Positions 22,901 to 37,436 of a stretch of DNA of 64,000 nucleotides are shown piece after piece; position 1 is the stretch's first letter; each line of letters starts with the position of its first letter. The stretch comes from Octopus vulgaris. Its lineage: Eukaryota. Location of the stretch: the NCBI GenBank assembly GCA_951406725.2, contig OX597814.1, forward strand, positions 47,368,001 through 47,432,000, read 5' to 3'. A program made the translations under genes and the position numbers. The notes beneath the pieces were generated by a model, which had not been told where the DNA came from, searched no databases, and worked only from the letters and a program-made list of their open reading frames with translations.

Positions 22901-25515
22901 ATATAAATATATATATATATAATGTAGTGAACCGTGATAGGAAATTCAACAAAAAAGTAGGGGTGAAAGTGTATTTGCAAGCTGATTTAATTTCTGCCAA
23001 CACTGACTTCAAGTATGTAATTGCAGCCAATAACTTGGGCTCCTTTTATCGAGCCTGGTTGCAGTTTATTTATATTCATTCAGCATCTACTGGTTGTCTT
23101 AGAGGTGTCCTGTGTCAAAAAAAATCAATCGTAGCAGACGTTCTCTCGACATCATTCACTTGCGCCTGAGTTGTTATCTATAATCATAAAAATTAAAACT
23201 AATTCAAATTCAATTTTTTATTGAAACAATAAATTTCTCTGGAGATTAGGATTTAAATTCCAATCTATGAAAAGTTTCCATTCTACAATATTCTTAAAGG
23301 AACAAAAAATTATCCAGAAACTCGGCCTTATACAAATGAACCTAGTAGGTGTAAAAGACTAACTGGCATCTCTTGTCAAGAGTACAGGCGATGTTTGTTG
23401 TGCACCCGGCTCTCGTTATTTGATTGCTGTTATTCTGTGCATCTGTGTATAAAAATCAGTTGTGTTTTGCAGGGTTGCTTTATTTTTACCCTTAAATTAG
23501 AAACGGAGAAAATCATAGTGCTAGATATAAAAAGTAAGCCATTTGGGGTTAGAAATATTAGGGGAAAATGTGAAATTCTTCAAGCAGGCGTGTGTCTTAT
23601 GTGGAATCTGTGATGAGCTTGAGTGACGCTGATGACCTGGAGTTGCATCTGATGTGTGTGTGTGTATGTATGCATATGTATTATATTATTTGATTGAATG
23701 TCACGCATCCATTTCCAAGTAAGTTTATCTTAATGTTTTTGATGCAACTCTACTCTATACTGTTTTCTTCCCTGATTGTTTTCTCTCTCATCCTTTCTCT
23801 AATTCCCTTTTTTTCCTCCCCTTCACTGTTTTCTATCTGTCTCTCTCTTTCTCCCCTCTTTCTCCTTTACTCTCTCTCTCATTGCTCACACATGACCATC
23901 ATCCATCTTTCTTTTCTTTCAGGACTGGGCATATCCTATAGCTCTCTCTTCTGTCTTTTCTTTTGTCAAAGAAAATATTTCTCCAGCATTCACATACATA
24001 CATACATACATACTAGTGAAAGAGTTTATTCCATGTAACATCTTTCAACTTAAATACATGCATTTTTATTTGTGTGACTGTGTCTGTGTATGTGTGTATG
24101 TATACTTCCACTATGGAGCTTATAGAAATGATGAGCCCCAAGATGGTCTAAGGCTCTTCTGCTTTATATGGATATCTTGGCATTCTTTACCTTTGTAAGT
24201 TCTTCTGGCATGATATTATTTACAATAATGGTTGTGGTAATTGTAATGGTGTTATCACTAGTACTAACACCATCATAGTCACCATGCTGGACAATACAGT
24301 TCCTAATATACAATAACAACAACAAAAAAATAAAACAAAATTGTCTCTGGTGGAACACTTTTGATGATAAAAGACAGTAGCTACATCAAAGAACAAAGGC
24401 AAAGGATGTTGTTTTCCTTATATTTTAATATTGTCAAGTTCTGTGGTGTGGATCACATGATATCGACACTACTATTATCACTACCACCACCACCACCACT
24501 ACCAATTCTATGGCCAACACTACAACTACTACCAGTATTATCCTCACCACTATTACACTATCACTCCCATCAGCAACAACACTATGACTGTTAATACTAT
24601 CGCTGTAACCACTACTACTGTAACTATCACTGCTGGTACAACTAGTAGTGGTGGCAGTATTAATGAATGAGTACTCGCACTTGTTTTACATCATCATCTC
24701 TTCCTTTTTCTTTTCTTTATTCTCTCACAATGTCTTTTTCTTGTACACACACACACACACACACACACGTGATCAAGCAGATGTATGGAAGTGGATTGTT
24801 TGATCTTCCATACTTAACAACTATCTCACTACTTCTTTCTTGCTTTGATTATTTGTAACTGCCTGTTTGCCTGTCTCTCTTTTCTTATGTCTATTTCTTT
24901 CACTCTCACTCTCTTGTATTATTTTTATCACTGTCTATTTCTTCCCTCTCTGACCTTAGCATACAAAGAAACTAATGCAGCTAGCTATGCAGTAGAGACT
25001 TCCAGGAGAGAAGTACACATACTAAGATGTTTCACAAATTTATATGAAAATGTTGTTGCTATCTGCATACATGACTATCAACCAATCATATATAACATAG
25101 CTTCTGGACATACTTCTAAAGACAGATTTATATATCTGATGAGAGCTGCCAGTAATTCAATCTGTTCATGAACTGAATGCCTTCATTATTGTTTGGATGC
25201 AGCAAGAAACATCTCTTCAACCCATACATTTCAACTGTTGTTGTTCGCTTAATAATTTACTCATATAGTTAATATCAGTTTACAAATAACAAATGCTATA
25301 TAGCTTTCCTTTCATTTCTTTCACTTCAAAAGTATTTGCTCTTTCTACTATTTGATAAAAGAATTGCACAGCAACAACAACAACAACAGCAATAATTATT
25401 TTATTATTATTATTTTTTTAATTTATGGATGAAGTATAAATGGGAAGCTATGATAATTTTGCATTTCAGTTTTAACTTCAAGAACTTATAATCTATTGAG
25501 TGGACACCAAATTGT

Positions 25516-25659
25516 TGACCAGTAGAGCTAAACCTTCATGAGGTCTGCAGTAAAATATGAACGTTTGAGTGATTATATCTTGACCAAATTCTTGACCAGT
25601 AGAGTTAAACCTTCATGTGGTCTGCAGTAAAATATGAACGTTTGAGTGATTATATCTTA
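25516..25659. repeat. Local tandem duplication, period ~76 bp
   Basis: TGACCAGTAGAG..GTGATTATATCTT at 25516 and 25592. Confidence 0.9.
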
Positions 25660-27886
25660 CAGAAGCATATGGAGTGGAAATGACATTGTGAAAAATTCAA
25701 GTTTTTCTCGGGGTTATAAGCAATGTAACTGTTAGATTTGTTACCTAGTGTTAATGGCTGACTTTTATATCTACTGACAATGTCATGATATTGTTAATGG
25801 TAAGTCTTCTAGCTTTGTAATCATTCAGTCCTTCTGTGTCTCATCTCTACCAATAGATGCCGAATGAGATAATCAAGCTAGATTTTCATCTGCAATTCAC
25901 ACCTGTGTCTAATTACATACTTCAATATCACAAACCTGCATGGATTATTATAATATTGCTGGATTATTAGTAGATTAGAGTACCTTTTTCTTGTCTAAAT
26001 AAGAGGTGGAAGTATTGTTTTCATGCCATGGGTGAATTGCAAGTGCCTCACGTGGGAGGACATATCTGTAATGAGAAAAATAATGAATGTTCAATTTCAT
26101 AAATTCATAGGCATAATACAAAATTGTACTAAGCAACTTTAATTAAAATTTTATAATTAGCTAGATACTTTATAGAGTATTTAGATCTTAAAAGCTTGAT
26201 TCATTATTTTTTTTTTTTTCCTAAATGGATTTGTGGATAACTTTGTCACTGGGGCAATTCAAAATTTTACTGTGGGCATAATTTTAACCTGCAGGCAAAG
26301 AGGTTTACCTGGTTCACATGATCCAGAAAGCACTATAATAGTTTGTCAGGTAAGCTGCTTATTGGCTGCATAATTTAAGTGAAATGCATATTCACTGATG
26401 CAGAACTCTGATTCATAGAAATAAGTCAGCTGAATGAATGTTTTTACAACTTAAGCGCAGTACCACAGTCCATTCTCTGTTGAAAACATCATATTGTTTC
26501 TAGCAGACAACCTATTTTTATGTAGCTGCCGCTCACGTTTTACTCTTTAGAATTTAACATTAGGAGAAAAAAAATCTTTTTTAAATAACTTATTTCAATG
26601 ACTCATGCAAATTGTCGAAATGCCATTCAACATATACTAGCATGGAAATCATAGATTTATGCTTTTATATTAAAGCTATCAGTTTTAATTAGCTCCTCTG
26701 CTCTGCTTCTTTTTTTTACTTCCCTCTCTGCCTCTCCCTCCGTTCAATATCTATCAGCTCCCTATAGAAAAGACATCAAAATAGAGAAAACTTTGGTGAA
26801 GTAAAAATGTTTGAGCTAATCTTGAGAGAAAAATGAAATTGTTTGCTTTCAACAAGAAATGTATGTTTATTTGAACCTTTGTGGAGTTTTGGCTATCATA
26901 ATTACAGACGAAAAAGAAAAAGTAAAATTATCAGAGAAACTTCATCTAAAAATAAATATATAAAAAATTAAGTTCTGATATATGTTGATCACAACAAAGT
27001 GAATGATATAAGTGTTGGTGTTATTCTAATGTTATTTAATTTTTGTGCAGTTGTTTATCCAGTGGTTTGCTTTTGGCTGGATATTTTCAACTAGCTAATT
27101 ATTTCTATGAAGCAGCTATTCACCAGAGAGATATATCTCTTATATGATACTGTGTTTGTCAGATTATCAACCATCAGGAATAAATAGATGAAGGAGATAA
27201 CTTTGTGATAAATTTGCAAACTGGATCCAACAGTTATGGTCTAATGGTGCACTATGTGTTTGAGAGAGAGAGAGAGAGACTCTGTGGATGTCTGGTTATA
27301 TGGGTGAGTATATGTTTGTAAGAAGGAAGATATATATGAGAGAGAGAAAGAGAAAGAGAGGCTGTGTGTTTGTGTGATGGAGGTGAGCAGTTATGTATTT
27401 ATAAAACAGTTTGGAAATGCGTGTGTATGTGGACAGTGTAATAAGTGTCTATGCATTATCTATCTGTGTATAACATGTATCAATGTATGTGTGTGTATGC
27501 GCTCACATACACACACATCATGTTCAATGCATTGTTCAGATAGAAAGACTGACCTAATCAAGAAAAGTCATGACAGCTGCCATTTTAACAGAAGAACCGC
27601 CCATTCCATTATTAATTATACTGACATTGATGGATGTCCCCAACCAAATTTACCTTACTTATAACTCATAGTGGTACTTTACACTATGAACAAAGTTTCC
27701 TCTTCCCTTTTCTCATAATATTTTTATTAAATCATCATTCTTCATATTTCCTACACTTTATTATCTGTATTCATCTCTAATATTTTCGCCTTTGTCCTTG
27801 TCTTTGTTCATCTCTGTAAGTTTCTGACACCTACACAACCTTGTACAGATCTTTAAAGGAAAGTGTGTGTGTGTGTGTGTGTGTGT

Positions 27887-28098
<212 letters not shown>

Positions 28099-28339
28099 GA
28101 TGCATGGTTAAATTATAAAATACTGTATTGAGCGAATATAGTGAAACTGGATGGGTTGCAGAACCTCTTCAGGAGTTAGTAAAATGCTTGTAGCAAAGTA
28201 CCCAATGATGTGGGTTGTACTTAAGGAAAAGAGGTAAATATATTTTACAAGGCTTCTAAGAAAAGTTACATTACTTCTTGGATAGTCTAATTGTATATGT
28301 TACATCTAGTTGACTCTTTTGCTATTATTTTTCTTTTTA

Positions 28340-28745
28340 TTATTTTTACTTCTTTCAGTCACTGAATTCCAGCCATGCTTGGAGTATTGCCTTGAAGGGT
28401 TTTAATCAAATGAATTGACCCAGGACTTATTTCTAAAAGACTGGTGCTTATTCTATTGGTCTGTTTTGCCAAACCACTAAGTTACCGAGACATAGACAAA
28501 CCAACAACAGTTGTCAAAAGGTAGTGGGAGGAAAGATACAAACATGCACCACACACACACACAAGCACACACACACATGCACACAATAGATTACTTTCAG
28601 TTTCCGTCTCCCAAATCCACTCACAAAACTTTGGTGAACCTAAAGGTGTAGCAGAAGACACTTGTCCAAAGTGTCGCACAGTTGGATTGAACTGGGAACA
28701 GTGTTGCTGGGAAGCAAACTTCTTACTACACTGCCATACTTTCAC
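28340..28745 (-). mobile_element. tRNA-derived SINE (41146 family), older copy
   Basis: Colinear with 41146-41548 from tail to head. Confidence 0.88.
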
Positions 28746-29049
28746 CCATATAATGCCTTTGATACAATTAATTTTTAATCTAATGAAAAATAATTAGTAA
28801 AATAATTTGTATTTTTAAGCTGGTGTTTAGAACATAAAATTAGCTTGAAATTTTGATAGCAGGTTTAATTCAAATTTGAAGCTAGCACTTTTAAACAAGC
28901 AGTGTGTATCAGAGAAATCTTACCTGCATCACCTATAATTAGGATGTGTGTGTCTGTGTGTTTTCTGGGTGTGACATTAAGCTGCATCTGGAGGTGAGGC
29001 TCCATTCTGAGAGCTTTGGAGTTGTGGGTAGCATGGAGTCATCCCTTAA

Positions 29050-29271
29050 CCCTTTCATTACCATATTTATTTTGAGATGCTCTGTGTTTCTTTCAATTAA
29101 TTTTAAATATAACAAAGAATTTAGTAAAATAACTTAGTTATCATTGAGCTAGTGTTAGTAACATAAATTGTGACTAAGGTTTGGTGGAAGATTTTAATTC
29201 AAAACTTATGGAAATGAGACATTTGTACTACAGAGCCAGAGGCAGTTTCAGCCGGGTTGGTATCGAAAGGG
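29050..29271 (+). mobile_element. piggyBac-type MITE (TTAA TSD)
   Basis: TTAA|CCCTTTCATTACC...GGTATCGAAAGGG|TTAA, near-identical to 16953-17172. Confidence 0.92.
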
Positions 29272-29569
29272 TTAATAGCTGTTACTCCCAGGTTTGTTCT
29301 GACCCAGAATAGTAGAACCTATCAACAACCCATCTCCTGTCTATGGGTTAAATAGATTTCCCCAAGGTAGAGAAGGCTCCTGATATTTTTGGTAAAGCCA
29401 TGTCGAAGGCAGCTTGTAGGGGAAAGATATTCTGATATAAAACTTGCAGGCAAAATAGTAACCAGCCAGCTTGCAATGCTTGTCATTGGAATCTACTATG
29501 ACAACCAAGAGAGTGGCAAAAGTGTTGAACAAGCATTTGTCACTTAAGTCCAATAGTGTACAAATGTCT

Positions 29570-29880
29570 CATCATTATCATCATTGTTCGACCATGGTCG
29601 AGACAATGGAATTTACCATGCTACGCCAGACTTCACGGTCCATCATGGCATTACGGAGGTCCTGTTGCTGGATGCCTGTATCCCTGGAGATTACATCAGG
29701 GTAGGAGAGTGTGCGCCCTCTGGTATTGCGAGTAGATGGCTTCCAGAGGAGAAGAGTAGAAATTACCTCTTTTTCAGCTCTACAACAATGTCCAGCAAAC
29801 TGGACTCTCTTACCTTTCACAAGAGATGACACAGGTGGTAGTTTCCCATATATTTGCATTTTGGTTGGATGGCGCTTCTT
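29570..29880 (-). mobile_element. 3' end of a second RTE-like LINE family (ORF2 C-terminus)
   Basis: KRHPTKMQIYGKLPPVS..RVQFAGHC.R..LLLWKP..RGR..YPD.ISRDTG..LRNAMMDREVW, followed by a short (TGA) tail. Confidence 0.85.
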
Positions 29881-30345
29881 TATAGTTTCTCTCTGCTCGT
29901 ACATGACTCTATTCACTAGTATTGTTCATAGTCGGCCCCTCTTTGACTTTGAGAAAAATCAAGGAGGGGCCGACTATGAACAGTGTTCGCAAGTTCCATC
30001 AACAACATAGCAGACATTTGAACTCTCTTTGACCGATTGTTCTTCATCTCACTTTACGAAAGCAGTAGTTGCTGCTACAGCTATTACTACTGCTACAATT
30101 AGAAACATACAAGTTTGAATGACACCAAGATGTCCCCCCCCCCCGTGTCTGAATTATACCGGTGACACCAATGAAAAATCCCTTTCTTTTTCTTTGTTGG
30201 GAGAAAAGAAAATTTACAGTAAAAACAAACCCTCAGCCCTTCCAGGGTGTAAATTACAAATGTCTCGCTATTACGCGATACGGCTATCATTTGACAAGAT
30301 GAGGTAATCATCATATATGTGTGTGTATATATATATATATATATA

Positions 30346-30381
<36 letters not shown>

Positions 30382-30401
30382 CACATACACACATGTATGT
30401 A

Positions 30402-30439
<38 letters not shown>

Positions 30440-32351
30440 AAACTACACTATAGTTATTGTTAATTTTTATGCATATGTTTCTATTAGTGTGACTATTACA
30501 CCACCTTACTATGCAGCAATGTGCAACTCTGTTTATATGTTTCCATGCAAACACACATGCTTACATAGATATGTGTGTATGTATGGAATGGATGCACACA
30601 CTCACACAAATAGATAAATAAATGTAAACATTTAATGAGAACACAAACTAGAAAGGTCTGTCAGTGGTATGGATGAACTATGCAATATAAAATACAATTT
30701 TTTTTTCTTTTTCTGTTTTTTTTTATTATTCTGTTAACATCTATCAACTGAAATCAATGAAAGTACATAAAAATCTACTCAGAATATATTTGATCTCTAT
30801 GCAGTACAAAAAAGAAAACACATTAAACAGATTTTAGGCACTTCATGTTTGTATGTGTATGTCTGAGTATGGACACATACTCAGACATAATATATATGTA
30901 TATGTGTGTATGTGTGTGTAGGTATGTACTGTATATATATATATATGTATAGTTTGTATGTGTATATCTATGTATGTATATGTATGAGTATAGGTGTGTG
31001 TTTTATTTAGTGTGTCTATATATGTGTGTATTTACGCACAGACATCCACATGATTTAGCTCCATCACATCAAATGAATCAATACATCTTACTATTACTAA
31101 TCAATATGTCTTTCATAACAAACTAACTTTATTTATGTCCATATTTAAAGGTCTGAGAAATAAATGGCTTTGAATGTTTTCAATAACAAAACCATTTGTT
31201 ATTATTGTTTGTAACTCTTATGTACTACATGAGTATCTGCGCTCCTGAATATTACTCAGTAAAACTCTAATACAGTAAGCTTCTGCTTACATTTTCTACA
31301 TAGAATATTTCTTATTCTGATTGCACATGTATTATGGACTTCATCAGTATCATCATCGTTATCATCATCATCATCATTTTCATCATTATCATCATCATTT
31401 TCATCATTATCATCATCATCATCATCAAATGTCCTTTTTCTATGCTGGCATGAGTTCTGCAATTATAATGTAAAGAATTCATAGAAAAGTACTTGCATCA
31501 ATAATACACTAGTATCTATATTTGCACAAACCATCCCATTAATTTTCATAATTAGATGTGAAATAATAAAAACAACTGCTAAATTCCATCACAAAGCCTT
31601 CATTGGTCCTCTTGGCCATTTGTATTATTAGTCTTTATTAGTCATCAGTATTCATTAGCCCTCATTAATTTTTGGTACTCATTTATGATGATGATGATGA
31701 TGTTTCTTTTTGGATACTCAATGGTCTTAATTGCTCTTTGATAGTTATTAGCCCTTATTACTCTTTGGTGCTCATTAGTCCCCCTTCTTCTGATGCTTAT
31801 CAGTATTCATTGCTCATTGGGACTCATTAGACTTCTTTAGTTTTTGGTGCTCATAAGAAACTCTGTTACTATTTGGTGTTCATTTATCTTCATTGTTCTT
31901 TAGTATTCCATTGCTTCTTGGTATTCATTACTCACTTGTCTTCATTGTTCATTGGTACTCAACAGACCTGTATTCAAAAGGCACTCCATCTGTGCCATTG
32001 CATCTTGTTTTTAGATATAGCATGATTTAAGGAGATTTGGCTTCTATTTTCCACAGATCAAAACACCCCGTTTAGACTCATAATTGGTGTTGTGAGTTTA
32101 GTATAGGGTGTTATTGTGAATCAACTTTCATATTCAAATGGTTTCTGTTGTTGGGGTAAGTGCATTTTATATCCAGGTCCCTTTGAGACAATACTGATCA
32201 TCATAAAATATAATCTAATTCAAATAATTGGATCTGAGGAAACTGGTGAGTTTGAATAAGTTTGTATGTTATAAGAAGAGGAATCTGTTGTCTCAGGGTC
32301 TTTTTTCTCTTCCTGAAAAGAATGGACAGCCTCAAAAAGTCAGATTTCTCA

Positions 32352-32746
32352 TCTCATCATGGTATACAAACTTATCCAAACTCAAATGTCACTGAAGCAT
32401 ATAAAGATAACAACTGAAATACTCAGCAGAAATCAGTGGAAGTTGTAAGGTTTGAACTCATTACCTCATTACCAATATGTCTTTATATGAAATATATTTT
32501 AGTTCTTGTAATAATGAAAAATATCTACCATGCCCAATTACCTCTATCTCATCATGGTATACAAACTTATCCAAACTCAAATGTCACTGAAACAAATAAA
32601 GATAACAACTGAAATACTCAGCAGAAATCAGTGGAAGTTGTAAGGTTTGAACTCATTACCTCATTACCAATATGTCTTTGTATGAAATATATTTTAGTTC
32701 TTGTAATAATGAAAAATATCTACCATGCCCAATTACCTCTATCTCA
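32352..32746. repeat. Tandem duplication, period 195 bp
   Basis: TCTCATCATGGTATACAAAC at 32352 and 32547, with ATCTCA microhomology at the junctions. Confidence 0.95.
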
Positions 32747-33112
32747 GCTTCTGAAGTGCAACTTGTATGAACACGTGTTTTATGCAATGACCAATTTCCT
32801 CAGTCACCTGAAATATCAGCACAGCAAATGAGAAAAGAGAAGCGACAAAATACTTGGAAAGGAGGACTAGCCAACAATGGCTATAATAACTCTTATGTAT
32901 GAGAGTAAAGCAACTTAAAAATGATTTACAACTTTCTGTTACATTACTGGTAGAAATCAGAGAAATGATGGTGGTGCTGATGCTGGTGATGGATTGTGTA
33001 TGTGTGTGTTTTATATAGTGTTTGATCTGAATGAAGAGGTTGTGCCCATGACTTTTGCAGTTCCTCTAAAACCAGTGAGGTCAATGTAGCTGATGTTCCT
33101 CTTAAACAGCTG

Positions 33113-33490
33113 ATCATCATCATCATCATCGTTTAATGTCCGTTTTCCATGCTAGCATGGGTTGGACGGTTCGACCGGCGTCTGGGAAGCCAGGAGGCTG
33201 CCCCAGGCTCCAGTCTGATCAGGCAGTGTTTCTACAGCTGGATGCCCTTCCTAACGCCAACCACTCCATGAGTGTAGAGGGTGCTTTTTACGTGCCACCG
33301 GCACAGGTGCCAGGGGGGGCTGGCAGTGGCCACGATCAGTTGGTACTTTTTATGTGCCACTGGCACGGAAGCCAGTCAAGGCGGCGCTGGCATCGGCCAC
33401 GTTTGGATGGTGCTTTTTATGTACCACCAGCACAGGTAACACAACTACAATTTCCATTTGATATTTATTTTGATGTTGATGTACTTGACT
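33113..33490 (-). mobile_element. RTE 3'UTR copy with 3 structured modules
   Basis: Reverse complement of the 21661-22862 family with a (CAT)n tail. Confidence 0.92.
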
Positions 33491-34786
33491 GCTAGAAAAA
33501 CATGGGCAAAGAATTCTAGCATTTATGAAATCACAATTATGAAAATTACAATTATTTGCTTAAATGATAAAGTATATTCTATGAATTATTGATATACAGA
33601 TACATAATTTTTTTCAAATATACTTTCAGAATTCTTTACAATTTGAATAATTTTCATGATTTTCTCTAGATATCAAGGCTCCTTTTAAAAAGAGATGTGC
33701 CCAGTTTCACCATCATACCGCTGAGGATTTGAACTCAGATATATGTTGCATGAAAGTAAATCTAATATACCTTGTCAAATGCTTAAATGCCATCTCCTAC
33801 CACCGTCCTATCTTAATATTAAGAGAAACATTTGTCTAAAAGATAATATTAAGTTTATATTTAAGGATAATTTTTTTTAATGTAAGCATTGTTTCTTTTA
33901 TAATTTTTTTTTTGTTTTTTTGGTTTTACTACAGTTGATCTTTATTTACTTTGATAACTATTTCTTAATATTATCATCTTTTACAAGAATCTTTGAATAA
34001 CTTGTAAGCACTTGTCTCCTTGATACTGATTTCTTTTCTTCTTAAACCTACCGTTCAGCTGTTGTAGATTAGCTTAGTTTATTTAGCTGAATTATGTAGA
34101 TGGTATCTGCTTTTATAGAAATACCATTGCTCATTGGCTCCTTGGTACATATCACATGCCACATACGTTTCTAGTAAAATAAGAAATGTCTGCACATCAT
34201 GCAGAACTGCTTGTATGTATCGGAAGATTTAGATTGAATTCTCTGTTTTTACTGACATATAGTATTTCTGTTATGGTGTGTTATGTGTGGTTTTATCTTT
34301 TCTGATAGCTCTTATGACCTATCAGCCTTAAACTAAATCTTAAAGCTATTCACTGCATGTTTGCTTTGCAATACTTAGCTTCTATCACTAAAAAAACTCT
34401 AGATAACTATAAGTAGCCTTAGATTTAATGTAAAACAGTAGAATATACAGAAACTAGTGATATTTTATGTTGCTAAAACATAATACAAATAGTTCAAACA
34501 GTAGCCACTGTTTAAACTATTGGAAAACCAATGTTTTTATGAAATTCAACTTGTTATGTATAAATGCATAGTATCAAACAGATAAAAAGCATTATTTTAC
34601 AGTAACAATATTTGATAAATGTTTCCACAAGGCACATACGATTCTAAGAGCTAGAACATATTTAGTAGTGAACTCTGAGTAAATAACAAATCTCTTCATG
34701 GATAGGGTGCTAACCTATTTAAAGTAACATTCCCAGAGGACCTGGTAACTATTTCTGATTTGTGCATATAAAATTGTGTTACTCAA

Positions 34787-35192
34787 TCTATCTCTATATA
34801 TAAATATATATATAAAGCTGAAGTTGTCTGTGTATGGCAGGTTTGATAGCCTTCAACTAACACTATCTCCTCCGAGACCCTGCGGCGCAAGTTGACCAAA
34901 ATTGAGAGTATGATAGAGGAAGGCTTGCTCTTCCTTCCGTAGAAGAAAAAATTCAAATTGGTCCATGTTAAGACCAAAAATTATTTACATCAAAAAGGTG
35001 CTTTTTTTCTATGAAAATCCCTATTTTTTACCATTTTTTGACTGCTGTGCCAACCATTTTCTGTGTACTTCAACCAGAAAAATGTTCACTTAAAGAGAAA
35101 AACAAGCTACATAATGCAAAATTTTTACTTTTCAAAAATTCCAATTCTAAAGGGTCAAAACAAATCGGAGCAACGCCGGGCGATACTGCTAG
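34787..35192 (+). mobile_element. Non-autonomous Helitron
   Basis: 5' end A|TCTATCTCTATATATAAA; 3' end TCGGAGCAACGCCGGGCGATACTGCTAG|T (GC hairpin plus CTAG). Inserted between A and T with no TSD. Confidence 0.85.
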
Positions 35193-36269
35193 TAACATGA
35201 TAAAATGCATGCAGCAAAAGATATGAACTCACAACTTATGAAGTGGTAGTTAAATACTTCAGCTATTTGACTATTTTACTTATTTTGGGTTTTTCAGTTC
35301 AAAAATATGTTACTGTATCTTTTCAAACAGCTGCAGTTATTAGATTTGATTTCACCTTATCATCATGGAAAATATTATATTGTCTGTCAAGAATACCAGC
35401 AGCCACTATTTTACTTTCATGTAGTAGGTGTTCCTGCATAGTTTTCAGTCAGTAAAATTGCAGTATCGTTCTGTGTTCATTCACAAAAATCTTATATCTT
35501 TCTAGTCCTTGTAAGAATTAGTTAGACCCTGCTTGGCTGATGAGGTCTAATACAACCAAACATTTCTATTTAAGCTTAATTAGATATTCTAATAATATTT
35601 TATACTCATCACTCTTCTGGGGGAATATTACATCAAATATACTTGTAGCATAGTCTACTGTGCTACATTTCAGCAAGCATATATAATTATGTAAATTGCA
35701 TTCCTTTTTAGTACACAACATAGAGGATATTACAGAATTTGAACTCTTGGTTTTCTCCTTACATTTTGAATCAGAATACACTATCCAGTGGAGCTGTTGA
35801 TATCTTAACTTTCTGTTATTACTATAGAATTCAGCTAGGTATTTAGTTTGTAATGGTTGAATATTTTATTAACCATCTAATTACTCAACATATTTAGTTG
35901 CCTTCTTGGTAACCGTATATTTCCCCGAGAGGTTTGTGTGAAGTTGTGCTAAAATTCACAGGTAAATTGTTAAATCTTCAAAAGACAATGATACATAAAG
36001 TGTGTTAGTACCAACCATCATCATACTTATAAATTATGAATGTGAATTTGTAAGTATGTGTGTAAAAGTGCACACATGCATGCTTTTGTGTGTGTGTGTA
36101 TGCATGGATGTATGCATATATATGTGTGTGTGTGTGTGTGCTTTTGTGTGCAATTCTCTAAAACTTTTGCTTTAGTAGAAGATACAAAACAAATTATGAT
36201 GAAGATTGTGTTGTAATGATACCAGGAAAAAGAAATATTGTGCATTGCCCAATGCTAGTACAGGTCAAC

Positions 36270-36354
<85 letters not shown>

Positions 36355-36663
36355 TCAGTTTTATGAAACAAGTGAAATGTTTTGAAGTAGAACATTTATA
36401 TTGTGAGTATAATTATGAATATTTACAGAGATATTTTTTAACTTTACATTTTTGTGGATATCAAGTATTCAGGAGGACATCCTAGTTATCTAAAGGTTCA
36501 TAAGGCTAAACATCCATGAGACAGAAAATTTCCTGCTGAGAAGAATTATTAAAATGGCCAGTCCAGTATCCAGTATGTGTCTATTCTGCTCCCACAGAGA
36601 GAGGGAAATCAAACATGGAAAAGTGGGTGTTAAAACGATTATAATGATGATGGTACATTCATA

Positions 36664-36797
<134 letters not shown>

Positions 36798-37134
36798 AAT
36801 TGACTTTAAAATTTCAAAGAATGAGCTTTCATTTGTTCAGCTTACTGAAACTACCTGCTCATCAAATTGGCATATAGTTAGCTAATTCCTTAGATACATG
36901 CACTCTTTACATAATCACACACAGAATCAGCATGACTTTACGTGTGACATAGCTGGACCTTTTAAATTACAGGCACAATCTGTCTGATGGGCTTTTACAC
37001 AGCTTCTGTTTATCCAATTTCTCTCACAAGTTACGGGATCTGACCCTATAGAAAATGATATTTGTGCAAAATGCATGCAAGTGGGATTGAACCTGGCAGC
37101 TTCATGTTTGCTAAGCAAACTTTCTAACTCATAT

Positions 37135-37355
37135 ATATATGTGTGTGTGTATGTTTGTGTGTCTGTGTTTCTCCCCCCAACATTGCTTGACAACCAATGC
37201 TGATATGTTTATGTCCCTGTAACTTAGCAGTTTGGCAAAAGAGACCGATAGAATAAGTACTAGGCTTACAAAGAATAAGTCCTGGGGTTGATTTGCTTGA
37301 CTAAAGGCGGTGCTCCAGCATGGCTGCAGTCAAATGACTGAAACAAATAAAAGAA
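37135..37355 (+). mobile_element. 3' half of a SINE (41146 family)
   Basis: Reverse complement of 41146-41370, with tail TGACTGAAACAAATAAAAGA. Confidence 0.88.
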
Positions 37356-37359
37356 TATA

Positions 37360-37399
<40 letters not shown>

Positions 37400-37436
37400 C
37401 AAATGTGTGTGTATGTATATATATATATATATATAT

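Noticed and set aside
23610-23652. C/D box snoRNA as an annotated feature
   Set aside because: Only 43 nt from box C to box D, with a weak terminal stem and no recognisable guide. Kept only as a low-interest note.
25130-25220. Hammerhead CTGATGA-gaGCTGC...GCAGCaa-GAAA
   Set aside because: Stems I and III cannot be formed convincingly. At best a decayed PLE remnant.
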